From the NCBI GenBank assembly GCA_964057225.1, contig OZ059895.1, positions 22,196,001 through 22,260,000 on the forward strand: DNA of 64,000 nt, given 5' to 3'. Positions 28,858 through 44,003 of this stretch are shown here, in pieces; the stretch's first letter is position 1, and each line of letters begins with the position of its first letter. The stretch comes from Auanema rhodensis (Eukaryota; Animalia; Nematoda). The notes beneath the pieces are model-generated. The model worked only from the letters and a program-made list of their open reading frames with translations, had not been told where the DNA came from and made no database searches. Made by a program: the position numbers and the translations under genes.

Positions 28858-31800
28858 AAATTTACGTTAACTTAAATTTATGCTAATTAAGTGTACACAT
28901 GATGTGCACTTGGTATGTAACTCGCTTCACGTCAAAGATAAAGAGATGCAGTTTTCAAAATTAGATTCCCCATGTCCATACTAGGATAAAAACAAATTTT
29001 TATTAATATTGGTGCATGGTAACCATGACTTTGAAATTTACGTGAACTTTAATTTATGCTTATTAAGTGTACACGTGATGTGCACTTGGTATGTAACTCG
29101 CTTCACGTGAAAGATGAAGAGATGCGGTTTTCAAAATTAGATTCCCCATGTCCATATTAGTCTAAAAACAAATTTTTATTGATATTGGTGCATGGTAACC
29201 ATGACTTTGAAATTTACGTGAACTTCAATTTATGCTAATTAAGTGTACACGTGATGTGCACTTGGTATGTAACTCGCTTCACGTGAAAGATGAAGAGATG
29301 CGGTTTTCAAAATCAGATTCCCTATGTCCATATTAGTCTAAAAACAAATTTTTATTAATATTGGTGAATGGTAACCATGACTTTGAAATTTACGTGAACT
29401 TTAATTTATGCTAATTAAGTGTACACGTGATGTGCACTAGGTATGTAACTCGCTTCACGTGAAAGATGAAGAGATGCGGTTTTCAAAATAGATTCCCCAT
29501 TTCCATATTAGTCTAAAAACAAATTTTTATTGATATTGGTGCATGGCAACCATGACTTTGAAATTTACGTGAACTTCAATTTATGCTAATTAAGTGTACA
29601 CATGATGTGCGCTTGGTATGTAACCCGCTTCACGTGAAAGATAAAGAGATGCGGTTTTCAAAATTAGATTCCCCATTTCCATGTTAGTCTGAAAACAAAT
29701 TTTTATTGATATTGGTGCATGGCAACCATGACTTTAAAATTTACGTTAACTTAAATTTATGCTAATTAAGTGTACACGTGATGTGCACTTGGTATGTAAC
29801 TCGCTTCACGTGAAAGATGAAGAGATGCGGTTTTCAAAATCAGATTCCCTATGTCCATATTAGTCTAAAAACAAATTTTTATTAATATTGGTGAATGGTA
29901 ACCATGACTTTGAAATTTACGTGAACTTTAATTTATGCTAATTAAGTGTACACATGATGTGCACTTGGTATGTAACTCGCTTCACGTGAAAGATAAAGAG
30001 ATGCGGTTTTCAAAATAGATTCCCCATTTCCATATTAGTCTAAAAACAAATTTTTATTAATATTGGTGCATGGTAACCATGACTTTGAAATTTACGTGAA
30101 CTTTAATTTATGCTAATTAAGTGTACACATGATGTGCACTTGGTATGTAACTCGCTTCACGTCAAAGATAAAGACATGCGGTTTTCAAAATTAGATTCCC
30201 CATGTCCATATTAGTCTAAAAACAAATTTTTATTAATATTGGTGCATGGTAACCATGACTTTGAAATTTACGTGAACTTTAATTTATGCTAATTAAGTGT
30301 ACACATGATGTGCACTTGGTATGTAACTCGCTTCACGTGAAAGATGAAGAGATGCGGTTTTCAAAAAAATTAGATTCCTCATGTCCATATTAGTCTAAAA
30401 ACGATTTTTTATTGATATTGGTGCATGGTAACCATGACTTTGAAATTTACGTGAACTTTAATTTATGCTTATTAAGTGTACACGTGATGTGCACTTGGTA
30501 TGTAACTCGCTTCACGTGAAAGATAAAGGGATGCGGTTTTCAAAATTAGATTCTTCATTTCCATATTAGTCTAAAAACAAATTTTTATTGATATTGGTGC
30601 ATGGTAACCATGACTTTGAAATTTACGTGAACTTTAATTTATGCTAATTAAGTGTACACATGATGTGCACTTGGTATGTAACTCGCTTCACGTGAAAGAT
30701 AAAGGGATGCGGTTTTCAAAATTAGATTCCCCATGTCCATATTAGTCTAAAAACAAATTTTTATTGATATTGGTGCATGGTAACCATGACTTTGAAATTT
30801 ACGTGAACTTTAATTTATGCTAATTAAGTGTACACATGATGTGCACTTGGTATGTAACTCGCTTCACATGAAAGATGAAGAGATGCGGTTTTCAAAATTA
30901 GATTCCCTATGTCCATATTAGTCTAAAAACAAATTTTTATTAATATTGGTGAATGGTAACCATGACTTTGAAATTTACGTGAACTTTAATTTATGCTAAT
31001 TAAGTGTACACGTGATGTGCACTTGGTATGTAACTCGCTTCACGTGAAAGATGAAGAGATGCGGTTTTCAAAATTAGATTCCCCATGTCCATATTAGTCT
31101 AAAAACAAATTTTTATTGATATTGGTGCATGGCAACCATGACTTTAAAATTTACGTTAACTTAAATTTATGCTAATTAAGTGTACACATGATGTGCACTT
31201 GGTATGTAACTCGCTTCACGTCAAAGATAAAGAGATGCGGTTTTCAAAATTAGATTCCCCATGTCCATACTAGTCTAAAAACAAATTTTTATTAATATTG
31301 GTGCATGGTAACCATGACTTTGAAATTTACGTGAACTTTAATTTATGCTTATTAAGTGTACACGTGATGTGCACTTGGTATGTAACTCGCTTCACGTGAA
31401 AGATGAAGAGATGCGGTTTTCAAAATTAGATTCCCCATGTCCATATTAGTCTAAAAACAAATTTTTATTGATATTGGTGCATGGTAACCATGACTTTGAA
31501 ATTTACGTGAACTTCAATTTATGCTAATTAAGTGTACACGTGATGTGCACTTGGTATGTAACTCGCTTCACGTGAAAGATGAAGAGATGCGGTTTTCAAA
31601 ATCAGATTCCCTATGTCCATATTAGTCTAAAAACAAATTTTTATTAATATTGGTGAATGGTAACCATGACTTTGAAATTTACGTGAACTTTAATTTATGC
31701 TAATTAAGTGTACACGTGATGTGCACTTGGTATGTAACTCGCTTCACGTGAAAGATGAAGAGATGCGGTTTTCAAAATAGATTCCCCATTTCCATATTAG

Positions 31801-34490
31801 TCTAAAAACAAATTTTTATTGATATTGGTGCATGGCAACCATGACTTTGAAATTTACGTGAACTTCAATTTATGCTAATTAAGTGTACACATGATGTGCG
31901 CTTGGTATGTAACCCGCTTCACGTGAAAGATAAAGAGATGCGGTTTTCAAAATTAGATTCCCCATTTCCATGTTAGTCTGAAAACAAATTTTTATTGATA
32001 TTGGTGCATGGCAACCATGACTTTAAAATTTACGTTAACTTAAATTTATGCTAATTAAGTGTACACGTGATGTGCACTTGGTATGTAACTCGCTTCACGT
32101 GAAAGATGAAGAGATGCGGTTTTCAAAATCAGATTCCCTATGTCCATATTAGTCTAAAAACAAATTTTTATTAATATTGGTGAATGGTAACCATGACTTT
32201 GAAATTTACGTGAACTTTAATTTATGCTAATTAAGTGTACACATGATGTGCACTTGGTATGTAACTCGCTTCACGTGAAAGATAAAGAGATGCGGTTTTC
32301 AAAATAGATTCCCCATTTCCATATTAGTCTAAAAACAAATTTTTATTAATATTGGTGCATGGTAACCATGACTTTGAAATTTACGTGAACTTTAATTTAT
32401 GCTAATTAAGTGTACACATGATGTGCACTTGGTATGTAACTCGCTTTACGTCAAAGATAAAGAGATGCGGTTTTCAAAATTAGATTCCCCATGTCCATAT
32501 CAGTCTAAAAACAAATTTTTATTAATATTGGTGCATGGTAACCATGACTTTGAAATTTACGTGAACTTTAATTTATGCTAATTAAGTGTACACATGATGT
32601 GCGCTTGGTATGTAACTCGCTTCATGTTAAAGATAAAGAGATGCGGTTCTTAAAATTAGATTCCCCATTTCCATATTAGTCTAAAAACAAATTTTTATTG
32701 ATATTGGTGCATGGCAACCATGACTTTAAAATTTACGTGAACTTTAATTTATGCTAATTAAGTGTACACATGATGTGCACTTGGTATGTAACTCGCTTCA
32801 CGTCAAAGATAAAGACATGCGGTTTTCAAAATTAGATTCCCCATGTCCATATTAGTCTAAAAACAAATTTTTATTAATATTGGTGCATGGTAACCATGAC
32901 TTTGAAATTTACGTGAACTTTAATTTATGCTAATTAAGTGTACACATGATGTGCACTTGGTATGTAACTCGCTTCACGTGAAAGATGAAGAGATGCGGTT
33001 TTCAAAAAAATTAGATTCCTCATGTCCATATTAGTCTAAAAACGATTTTTTATTGATATTGGTGCATGGTAACCATGACTTTGAAATTTACGTGAACTTT
33101 AATTTATGCTTATTAAGTGTACACGTGATGTGCACTTGGTATGTAACTCGCTTCACGTGAAAGATAAAGGGATGCGGTTTTCATAATTAGATTCTTCATT
33201 TCCATATTAGTCTAAAAACAAATTTTTATTGATATTGGTGCATGGTAACCATGACTTTGAAATTTACGTGAACTTTAATTTATGCTAATTAAGTGTACAC
33301 ATGATGTGCACTTGGTATGTAACTCGCTTCACGTGAAAGATAAAGGGATGCGGTTTTCAAAATTAGATTCCCCATGTCCATATTAGTCTAAAAACAAATT
33401 TTTATTGATATTGGTGCATGGTAACCATGACTTTGAAATTTACGTGAACTTTAATTTATGCTAATTAAGTGTACACATGATGTGCACTTGGTATGTAACT
33501 CGCTTCACATGAAAGATGAAGAGATGCGGTTTTCAAAATTAGATTCCCTATGTCCATATTAGTCTAAAAACAAATTTTTATTAATATTGGTGAATGGTAA
33601 CCATGACTTTGAAATTTACGTGAACTTTAATTTATGCTAATTAAGTGTACACGTGATGTGCACTTGGTATGTAACTCGCTTCACGTGAAAGATGAAGAGA
33701 TGCGGTTTTCAAAATTAGATTCCCCATGTCCATATTAGTCTAAAAACAAATTTTTATTGATATTGGTGCATGGCAACCATGACTTTAAAATTTACGTTAA
33801 CTTAAATTTATGCTAATTAAGTGTACACATGATGTGCACTTGGTATGTAACTCGCTTCACGTCAAAGATAAAGAGATGCGGTTTTCAAAATTAGATTCCC
33901 CATGTCCATACTAGTCTAAAAACAAATTTTTATTAATATTGGTGCATGGTAACCATGACTTTGAAATTTACGTGAACTTTAATTTATGCTTATTAAGTGT
34001 ACACGTGATGTGCACTTGGTATGTAACTCGCTTCACGTGAAAGATGAAGAGATGCGGTTTTCAAAATTAGATTCCCCATGTCCATATTAGTCTAAAAACA
34101 AATTTTTATTGATATTGGTGCATGGTAACCATGACTTTGAAATTTACGTGAACTTCAATTTATGCTAATTAAGTGTACACGTGATGTGCACTTGGTATGT
34201 AACTCGCTTCACGTGAAAGATGAAGAGATGCGGTTTTCAAAATCAGATTCCCTATGTCCATATTAGTCTAAAAACAAATTTTTATTAATATTGGTGAATG
34301 GTAACCATGACTTTGAAATTTACGTGAACTTTAATTTATGCTAATTAAGTGTACACGTGATGTGCACTTGGTATGTAACTCGCTTCACGTGAAAGATGAA
34401 GAGATGCGGTTTTCAAAATAGATTCCCCATTTCCATATTAGTCTAAAAACAAATTTTTATTGATATTGGTGCATGGTAACCATGACTTTG
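28858..34490 (+). repeat. Overlapping higher-order duplications: 28858-30087 copied at 31147-32376 (13 units, 2289 bp) and 30088-31849 copied at 32729-34490 (15 units, 2641 bp)
   Basis: Offset 2289: deletions 29490/31779 and 30017/32306, TAACCCGC 29621/31910. Offset 2641: insertions 30363/33004, TTCTTCATTT 30551/33192, deletions 31779/34420. Confidence 0.88.
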
Positions 34491-37400
34491 AAATTTACGT
34501 GAACTTTAATTTATGCTAATTAAATGTACACGTGATGTGCACTTGGTATGTAACTCGCTTCACGTCAAAGATAAAGAGATGCGGTTTTCAAAATTAGATT
34601 CCCCATGTCCATACTAGTCTAAAAACAAATTTTTATTAATATTGGTGCGTGGTAACCATGACTTTGAAATTTACGTGAACTTTAATTTATGCTAATTAAG
34701 TGTACACGTGATGTGCACTTGGTATGTAACTCGCTTCACGTCAAAGATGAAGAGATGCGGTTTTCAAAATTAGATTCCCCATTTCCATATTAGTCTAAAA
34801 ACAAATTTTTATTGATATTGGTGCATGGTAACCATGACTTTGAAATTTACGTGAACTTTAATTTATGCTAATTAAATGTACACGTGATGTGCACTTGGTA
34901 TGTAACTCGCTTCACGTCAAAGATAAAGAGATGCGGTTTTCAAAATTAGATTCCCCATGTCCATACTAGTCTAAAAACAAATTTTTATTAATATTGGTGC
35001 ATGGTAACCATGACTTTGAAATTTACGTGAACTTTAATTTATGCTTATTAAGTGTACACGTGATGTGCACTTGGTATGTAACTCGCTTCACGTGAAAGAT
35101 GAAGAGATGCGGTTTTCAAAATTAGATTCCCCATGTCCATATTAGTCTAAAAACAAATTTTTATTGATATTGGTGCATGGTAACCATGACTTTGAAATTT
35201 ACGTGAACTTCAATTTATGCTAATTAAGTGTACACGTGATGTGCACTTGGTATGTAACTCGCTTCACGTGAAAGATGAAGAGATGCGGTTTTCAAAATCA
35301 GATTCCCTATGTCCATATTAGTCTAAAAACAAATTTTTATTAATATTGGTGAATGGTAACCATGACTTTGAAATTTACGTGAACTTTAATTTATGCTAAT
35401 TAAGTGTACACGTGATGTGCACTTGGTATGTAACTCGCTTCACGTGAAAGATGAAGAGATGCGGTTTTCAAAATAGATTCCCCATTTCCATATTAGTCTA
35501 AAAACAAATTTTTATTGATATTGGTGCATGGCAACCATGACTTTGAAATTTACGTGAACTTCAATTTATGCTAATTAAGTGTACACATGATGTGCGCTTG
35601 GTATGTAACTCGCTTCACGTGAAAGATAAAGAGATGCGGTTTTCAAAATTAGATTCCCCATTTCCATGTTAGTCTGAAAACAAATTTTTATTGATATTGG
35701 TGCATGGCAACCATGACTTTAAAATTTACGTTAACTTAAATTTATGCTAATTAAGTGTACACATGATGTGCACTTGGTATGTAACTCGCTTCACGTCAAA
35801 GATAAAGAGATGCGGTTTTCAAAATTAGATTCCCCATGTCCATACTAGTCTAAAAACAAATTTTTATTAATATTGGTGCATGGTAACCATGACTTTGAAA
35901 TTTACGTGAACTTTAATTTATGCTTATTAAGTGTACACGTGATGTGCACTTGGTATGTAACTCGCTTCACGTGAAAGATGAAGAGATGCGGTTTTCAAAA
36001 TTAGATTCCCCATGTCCATATTAGTCTAAAAACAAATTTTTATTGATATTGGTGCATGGTAACCATGACTTTGAAATTTACGTGAACTTCAATTTATGCT
36101 AATTAAGTGTACACGTGATGTGCACTTGGTATGTAACTCGCTTCACGTGAAAGATGAAGAGATGCGGTTTTCAAAATCAGATTCCCTATGTCCATATTAG
36201 TCTAAAAACAAATTTTTATTAATATTGGTGAATGGTAACCATGACTTTGAAATTTACGTGAACTTTAATTTATGCTAATTAAGTGTACACATGATGTGCA
36301 CTTGGTATGTAACTCGCTTCACGTGAAAGATAAAGAGATGCGGTTTTCAAAATAGATTCCCCATTTCCATATTAGTCTAAAAACAAATTTTTATTAATAT
36401 TGGTGCATGGTAACCATGACTTTGAAATTTACGTGAACTTTAATTTATGCTAATTAAGTGTACACATGATGTGCACTTGGTATGTAACTCGCTTTACGTC
36501 AAAGATAAAGAGATGCGGTTTTCAAAATTAGATTCCCCATGTCCATATCAGTCTAAAAACAAATTTTTATTAATATTGGTGCATGGTAACCATGACTTTG
36601 AAATTTACGTGAACTTTAATTTATGCTAATTAAGTGTACACATGATGTGCGCTTGGTATGTAACTCGCTTCACGTGAAAGATAAAGAGATGCGGTTTTCA
36701 AAATTAGATTCCCCATTTCCATGTTAGTCTAAAAACAAATTTTTATTGATATTGGTGCATGGCAACCATGACTTTAAAATTTACGTTAACTTAAATTTAT
36801 GCTAATTAAGTGTACACATGATGTGCACTTGGTATGTAACTCGCTTCACGTCAAAGATAAAGAGATGCGGTTTTCAAAATTAGATTCCCCATGTCCATAC
36901 TAGTCTAAAAACAAATTTTTATTAATATTGGTGCATGGTAACCATGACTTTGAAATTTACGTGAACTTTAATTTATGCTAATTAAGTGTACACATGATGT
37001 GCGCTTGGTATGTAACTCGCTTCATGTTAAAGATAAAGAGATGCGGTTCTTAAAATTAGATTCCCCATTTCCATATTAGTCTAAAAACAAATTTTTATTG
37101 ATATTGGTGCATGGCAACCATGACTTTAAAATTTACGTGAACTTTAATTTATGCTAATTAAGTGTACACATGATGTGCACTTGGTATGTAACTCGCTTCA
37201 CGTCAAAGATAAAGACATGCGGTTTTCAAAATTAGATTCCCCATGTCCATATTAGTCTAAAAACAAATTTTTATTAATATTGGTGCATGGTAACCATGAC
37301 TTTGAAATTTACGTGAACTTTAATTTATGCTAATTAAGTGTACACATGATGTGCACTTGGTATGTAACTCGCTTCACGTGAAAGATGAAGAGATGCGGTT

Positions 37401-37835
37401 TTCAAAAAAATTAGATTCCTCATGTCCATATTAGTCTAAAAACGATTTTTTATTGATATTGGTGCATGGTAACCATGACTTTGAAATTTACGTGAACTTT
37501 AATTTATGCTAATTAAGTGTACACATGATGTGCACTTGGTATGTAACTCGCTTTACGTCAAAGATAAAGAGATGCGGTTTTCAAAATTAGATTCCCCATG
37601 TCCATATTAGTCTAAAAACAAATTTTTATTAATATTGGTGCATGGTAACCATGACTTTGAAATTTACGTGAACTTCAATTTATGCTAACTAAGTGTACAC
37701 ATGATGTGCACTTGGTATGTAACTCGCTTTACGTCAAAGATAAAGAGATGCGGTTTTCAAAATTAGATTCCCCATGTCCATATTAGTCTAAAAACAAATT
37801 TTTATTAATATTGGTGCATGGTAACCATGACTTTG

Positions 37836-40800
37836 AAATTTACGTGAACTTTAATTTATGCTAATTAAGTGTACACATGATGTGCGCTTGGTATGTAACT
37901 CGCTTCACGTGAAAGATGAAGAGATGCGGTTTTCAAAATTAGATTCCTCATGTCCATATTAGTCTAAAAACGAATTTTTATTGATATTGGTGCATGGTAA
38001 CCATGACTTTGAAATTTACGTGAACTTTAATTCATGTTTATTAAGTGTACACGTGATGTGCACTTGGTATGTAACTCGCTTCACGTGAAAGATAAAGGGA
38101 TGCGGTTTTCAAAATTAGATTCCTCATGTCCATATTAGTCTAAAAACAAATTTTTATTGATATTGGTGCATGGTAACCATGACTTTGAAATTTACGTGAA
38201 CTTTAATTTATGCTAATTAAGTGTACACCTGATGTGCACTTGGTATGTAACTCGCTTCACGTGAAAGATAAAGAGATGCGGTTTTCAAAATTAGATTCCC
38301 CATTTCCATATTAGTCTAAAAACGAATTTTTATTGATATTGGTGCATGGTAACCATGACTTTGAAATTTTCGTGAACTTCAATTTATGCTTATTAAGTGT
38401 ACACGTGATGTGCACTTGGTATGTAACTCGCTTCACGTGAAAGATAAAGAGATGCGGTTTTCAAAATTAGATTCCCCATGTCCATATTAGTCTAAAAACA
38501 AATTTTTATTAATATTGGTGCATGGTAACCATGACTTTGAAATTTACGTGAACTTTAATTTATGCTAATTAAGTGTACACATGATGTGCACTTGGTATGT
38601 AACTCGCTTCACGTCAAAGATAAAGAGATGCGGTTTTCAAAATTAGATTCCCCATGTCCATATTAGTCTAAAAACAAATTTTTATTAATATTGGTGCATG
38701 GTAACCATGACTTTGAAATTTACGTGAACTTTAATTTATGCTAATTAAGTGTACACATGATGTGCACTTGGTATGTAACTCGCTTCACGTGAAAGATGAA
38801 GAGATGCGGTTTTCAAAATTAGATTCCTCATGACCATATTAGTCTAAAAACGAATTTTTATTAATATTGGTGCATGGTAACCATGACTTTGAAATTTACG
38901 TGAACTTTAATTTATGCTAATTAAGTGTACACATGATGTGCACTTGGTATGTAACTCGCTTCACGTGAAAGATGAAGAGATGCGGTTTCCAAAAAAATTA
39001 GATTCCTCATGTCCATATTAGTCTAAAAACGATTTTTTATTGATATTGGTGCATGGTAACCATGACTTTGAAATTTTCGTGAACTTCAATTTATGCTAAT
39101 TAATTGTACACGTGATGTGCACTTGGTATGTAACTCGCTTCACGTGGAAGATGAAGAGATGCGGTTTTCAACATTAGATTCCTCATATCCATATTAGTCT
39201 AAAAACGAATTTTTATTGATATTGGTGCATGGTAACCATGACTTTGAAATTTACGTGAACTTTAATTTATGCTAATTAAGTGTACACCTGATGTGCACTT
39301 GGTATGTAACTCGCTTCACGTGAAAGATAAAGAGATGCGGTTTTCAAAATTAGATTCCCCATGTCCATATTAGTCTAAAAACACATTTTTGTTGATATTG
39401 GTGGATGGTAACCATGACTTTGAAATTTACGTGAACTTCAATTTATGCTAATTAAGTGTACACATGATGTGCACTTGGTATGTAACTCGCTTCAAGTCAA
39501 AGATAAAGAGATGCGGTTTTCAAACTTAGATTCCCTATGTCCATATTAGTCTAAAAACAAATTTTTATTAATATTGGTGAATGGTAACCATGACTTTGAA
39601 ATTTACGTGAACTTTAATTTATGCTAATTAAGTGTACACATGATGTGCACTTGGTATGTAACTCGCTTCACGTGAAAGATGAAGAGATGCGGTTTTCAAA
39701 ATTAGATTCCCTATGTCCATATTAGTCTAAAAACAAATTTTTATCAATATTGGTGCATGGTAACCATGACTTTGAAATTTACGTGAACTTTAATTTATGC
39801 TAATTAAGTGTACACATGATGTGCGCTTGGTATGTAACTCGCTTCACGTGAAAGATGAAGAGATGCGGTTTTCAAAATTAGATTCCTCATGTCCATATTA
39901 GTCTAAAAACGAATTTTTATTGATATTGGTGCATGGTAACCATGACTTTGAAATTTACGTGAACTTTAATTCATGTTTATTAAGTGTACACGTGATGTGC
40001 ACTTGGTATGTAACTCGCTTCACGTGAAAGATAAAGGGATGCGGTTTTCAAAATTAGATTCCTCATGTCCATATTAGTCTAAAAACAAATTTTTATTGAT
40101 ATTGGTGCATGGTAACCATGACTTTGAAATTTACGTGAACTTTAATTTATGCTAATTAAGTGTACACCTGATGTGCACTTGGTATGTAACTCGCTTCACG
40201 TGAAAGATAAAGAGATGCGGTTTTCAAAATTAGATTCCCCATTTCCATATTAGTCTAAAAACGAATTTTTATTGATATTGGTGCATGGTAACCATGACTT
40301 TGAAATTTTCGTGAACTTCAATTTATGCTTATTAAGTGTACACGTGATGTGCACTTGGTATGTAACTCGCTTCACGTGAAAGATAAAGAGATGCTGTTTT
40401 CAAAATTAGATTCCCCATGTCCATATTAGTCTAAAAACAAATTTTTATTAATATTGGTGCATGGTAACCATGACTTTGAAATTTACGTGAACTTTAATTT
40501 ATGCTAATTAAGTGTACACATGATGTGCACTTGGTATGTAACTCGCTTCACGTCAAAGATAAAGAGATGCGGTTTTCAAAATTAGATTCCCCATGTCCAT
40601 ATTAGTCTAAAAACAAATTTTTATTAATATTGGTGCATGGTAACCATGACTTTGAAATTTACGTGAACTTTAATTTATGCTAATTAAGTGTACACATGAT
40701 GTGCACTTGGTATGTAACTCGCTTCACGTGAAAGATGAAGAGATGCGGTTTTCAAAATTAGATTCCTCATGACCATATTAGTCTAAAAACGAATTTTTAT

Positions 40801-41713
40801 TAATATTGGTGCATGGTAACCATGACTTTGAAATTTACGTGAACTTTAATTTATGCTAATTAAGTGTACACATGATGTGCACTTGGTATGTAACTCGCTT
40901 CACGTGAAAGATGAAGAGATGCGGTTTCCAAAAAAATTAGATTCCTCATGTCCATATTAGTCTAAAAACGATTTTTTATTGATATTGGTGCATGGTAACC
41001 ATGACTTTGAAATTTTCGTGAACTTCAATTTATGCTAATTAATTGTACACGTGATGTGCACTTGGTATGTAACTCGCTTCACGTGAAAGATGAAGAGATG
41101 CGGTTTTCAACATTAGATTCCTCATATCCATATTAGTCTAAAAACGAATTTTTATTGATATTGGTGCATGGTAACCATGACTTTGAAATTTACGTGAACT
41201 TTAATTTATGCTAATTAAGTGTACACCTGATGTGCACTTGGTATGTAACTCGCTTCACGTGAAAGATAAAGAGATGCGGTTTTCAAAATTAGATTCCCCA
41301 TGTCCATATTAGTCTAAAAACACATTTTTGTTGATATTGGTGGATGGTAACCATGACTTTGAAATTTACGTGAACTTCAATTTATGCTAATTAAGTGTAC
41401 ACATGATGTGCACTTGGTATGTAACTCGCTTCAAGTCAAAGATAAAGAGATGCGGTTTTCAAACTTAGATTCCCTATGTCCATATTAGTCTAAAAACAAA
41501 TTTTTATTAATATTGGTGAATGGTAACCATGACTTTGAAATTTACGTGAACTTTAATTTATGCTAATTAAGTGTACACATGATGTGCACTTGGTATGTAA
41601 CTCGCTTCACGTGAAAGATGAAGAGATGCGGTTTTCAAAATTAGATTCCCTATGTCCATATTAGTCTAAAAACAAATTTTTATCAATATTGGTGCATGGT
41701 AACCATGACTTTG
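37836..41713 (+). repeat. Tandem 11-monomer higher-order repeat, 2 x 1939 bp
   Basis: Unit starts are 37836, 39775 and 41714. TTCATGTTTA (38031/39970) and the A7 insertion (38991/40930) are 1939 apart. Only about 2 differences were seen by eye. Confidence 0.92.
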
Positions 41714-44003
41714 AAATTTACGTGAACTTTAATTTATGCTAATTAAGTGTACACATGATGTGCACTTGGTATGTAACTCGCTTCACGTGAAAGATGAAGA
41801 GATGCGGTTTTCAAAATTAGATTCCTCATGTCCATATTAGTCTAAAAACGAATTTTTATTGATATTGGTGCATGGTAACCATGACTTTGAAATTTACGTG
41901 AACTTTAATTTATGCTAATTAAGTGTACACATGATGTGCACTTGGTATGTAACTCGCTTCACGTGAAAGATGAAGAGATGCGGTTTCCAAAAAAATTAGA
42001 TTCCTCATGTCCATATTAGTCTAAAAACGATTTTTTATTGATATTGGTGCATGGTAACCATGACTTTGAAATTTTCGTGAACTTCAATTTATGCTAATTA
42101 AGTGTACACGTGATGTGCACTTGGTATGTAACTCGCTTCACGTGAAAGATGAAGAGATGCGGTTTTCAAAATTAGATTCCACGTGTCCATATTAGTCTAA
42201 AAACGAATTTTTATTGATATTGGTGCATGGTAACCATGACTTTGAAATTTACGTGAACTTTAATTTATGCTAATTAAGTGTACACCTGATGTGCACTCGG
42301 TATGTAACTCGCTTCACGTGAAAGATAAAGAGATGCGGTTTTCAAAATTAGATTCCCTATGTCCATATTAGTCTAAAAACAAATTTTTATTAATATTGGT
42401 GAATGGTAACCATGACTTTGAAATTTACGTGAACTTTAATTTATGCTAATTAAGTGTACACATGATGTGCACTTGGTATGTAACTCGCTTCAAGTCAAAG
42501 ATAAAGAGATGCGGTTTTCAAACTTAGATTCCCTATGTCCATATTAGTCTAAAAACAAATTTTTATTAATATTGGTGAATGGTAACCATGACTTTGAAAT
42601 TTACGTGAACTTTAATTTATGCTAATTAAGTGTACACATGATGTGCACTTGGTATGTAACTCGCTTCACGTGAAAGATGAAGAGATGCGGTTTTCAAAAT
42701 TAGATTCCCTATGTCCATATTAGTCTAAAAACAAATTTTTATCAATATTGGTGCATGGTAACCATGACTTTGAAATTTACGTGAACTTTAATTTATGCTA
42801 ATTAAGTGTACACATGATGTGCACTTGGTATGTAACTCGCTTCACGTGAAAGATGAAGAGATGCGGTTTTCAAAATTAGATTCCCTATGTCCATATTAGT
42901 CTAAAAACAAATTTTTATCAATATTGGTGCATGGTAACCATGACTTTGAAATTTACGTGAACTTTAATTCATGTTTATTAAGTGTACACGTGATGTGCAC
43001 TTGGTATGTAACTCGCTTCACGTGAAAGATAAAGGGATGCGGTTTTCAAAATTAGATTCCTCATGTCCATATTAGTCTAAAAACAAATTTTTATCAATAT
43101 TGGTGCATGGTAACCATGACTTTGAAATTTACGTGAACTTTAATTTATGCTAATTAAGTGTACACATGATGTGCACTTAGTATGTAACTCGCTTCACGTG
43201 AAAGATGAAGAGATGCGGTTTTCAAAATTAGATTCCTCATGTCCATATTAGTCTAAAAACGAATTTTTATTGATATTGGTGCATGGTAACCATGACTTTG
43301 AAATTTTCGTGAACTTCAATTTATGCTAATTAAGTGTACACGTGATGTGCACTTGGTATGTAACTCGCTTCACGTGAAAGATGAAGAGATGCGGTTTTCA
43401 AAATTAGATTCCCCATTTCCATATTAGTCTAAAAACAAATTTTTATTGATATTGGTGCATGGTAACCATGACTTTGAAATTTACGTGAACTTCAATTTAT
43501 GCTAACTAAGTGTACACGTGATGTGCACTTGGTATGTAACTCGCTTCACGTGAAAGATGAAGAGATGCGGTTTTCAAAATAGATTCCTCATTTCCAAATT
43601 AGTCTAAAAACAAATTTTTATTGATAATGGTGCATGGCAACCATGACTTTAAAATTTACGTGAACTTTAATTTATGCTAATTAAGTGTACACATGATGTG
43701 CACTTGGTATGTAACTCGCTTTACGTCAAAGATAAAGAGATGCGGTTTTCAAAATTAGATTCCCCATGTCCATATTAGTCTAAAAACAAATTTTTATTGA
43801 TATTGGTGCATGGTAACCATGACTTTGAAATTTACGTGAACTTTAATTTATGCTAATTAAGTGTACACCTGATGTGCACTTGGTATGTAACTCGCTTCAC
43901 GTGAAAGATAAAGAGATGCGGTTTTCAAAATTAGATTCCCCATTTCCATATTAGTCTAAAAACAAATTTTTATTGATATTGGTGCATGGTAACCATGACT
44001 TTG

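Larger units (their letters stand above)
25518..37483 (+). repeat. Satellite domain 3: rich in 175-bp units; markers TTTACGTTAACTTAAATTT, CCATGTTAGTCT, CCATACTAG, AAAGACATG and TTTTC-A7 179-bp units
   Basis: 11 of the 22 single-base deletions lie here. The first +3 insertions are at 30363, 33004 and 37404. Boundaries are approximate. Confidence 0.78.

Noticed and set aside
32399-32581. 60-aa ORF MLIKCTHDVHLVC... (identical copy at 36447-36629)
   Set aside because: It lies wholly in satellite. A typical unit has a 34-codon ATG..TAG frame, and these copies merely carry TAG>CAG (ATATCAGTCT). There is no recognisable domain and no gene context.
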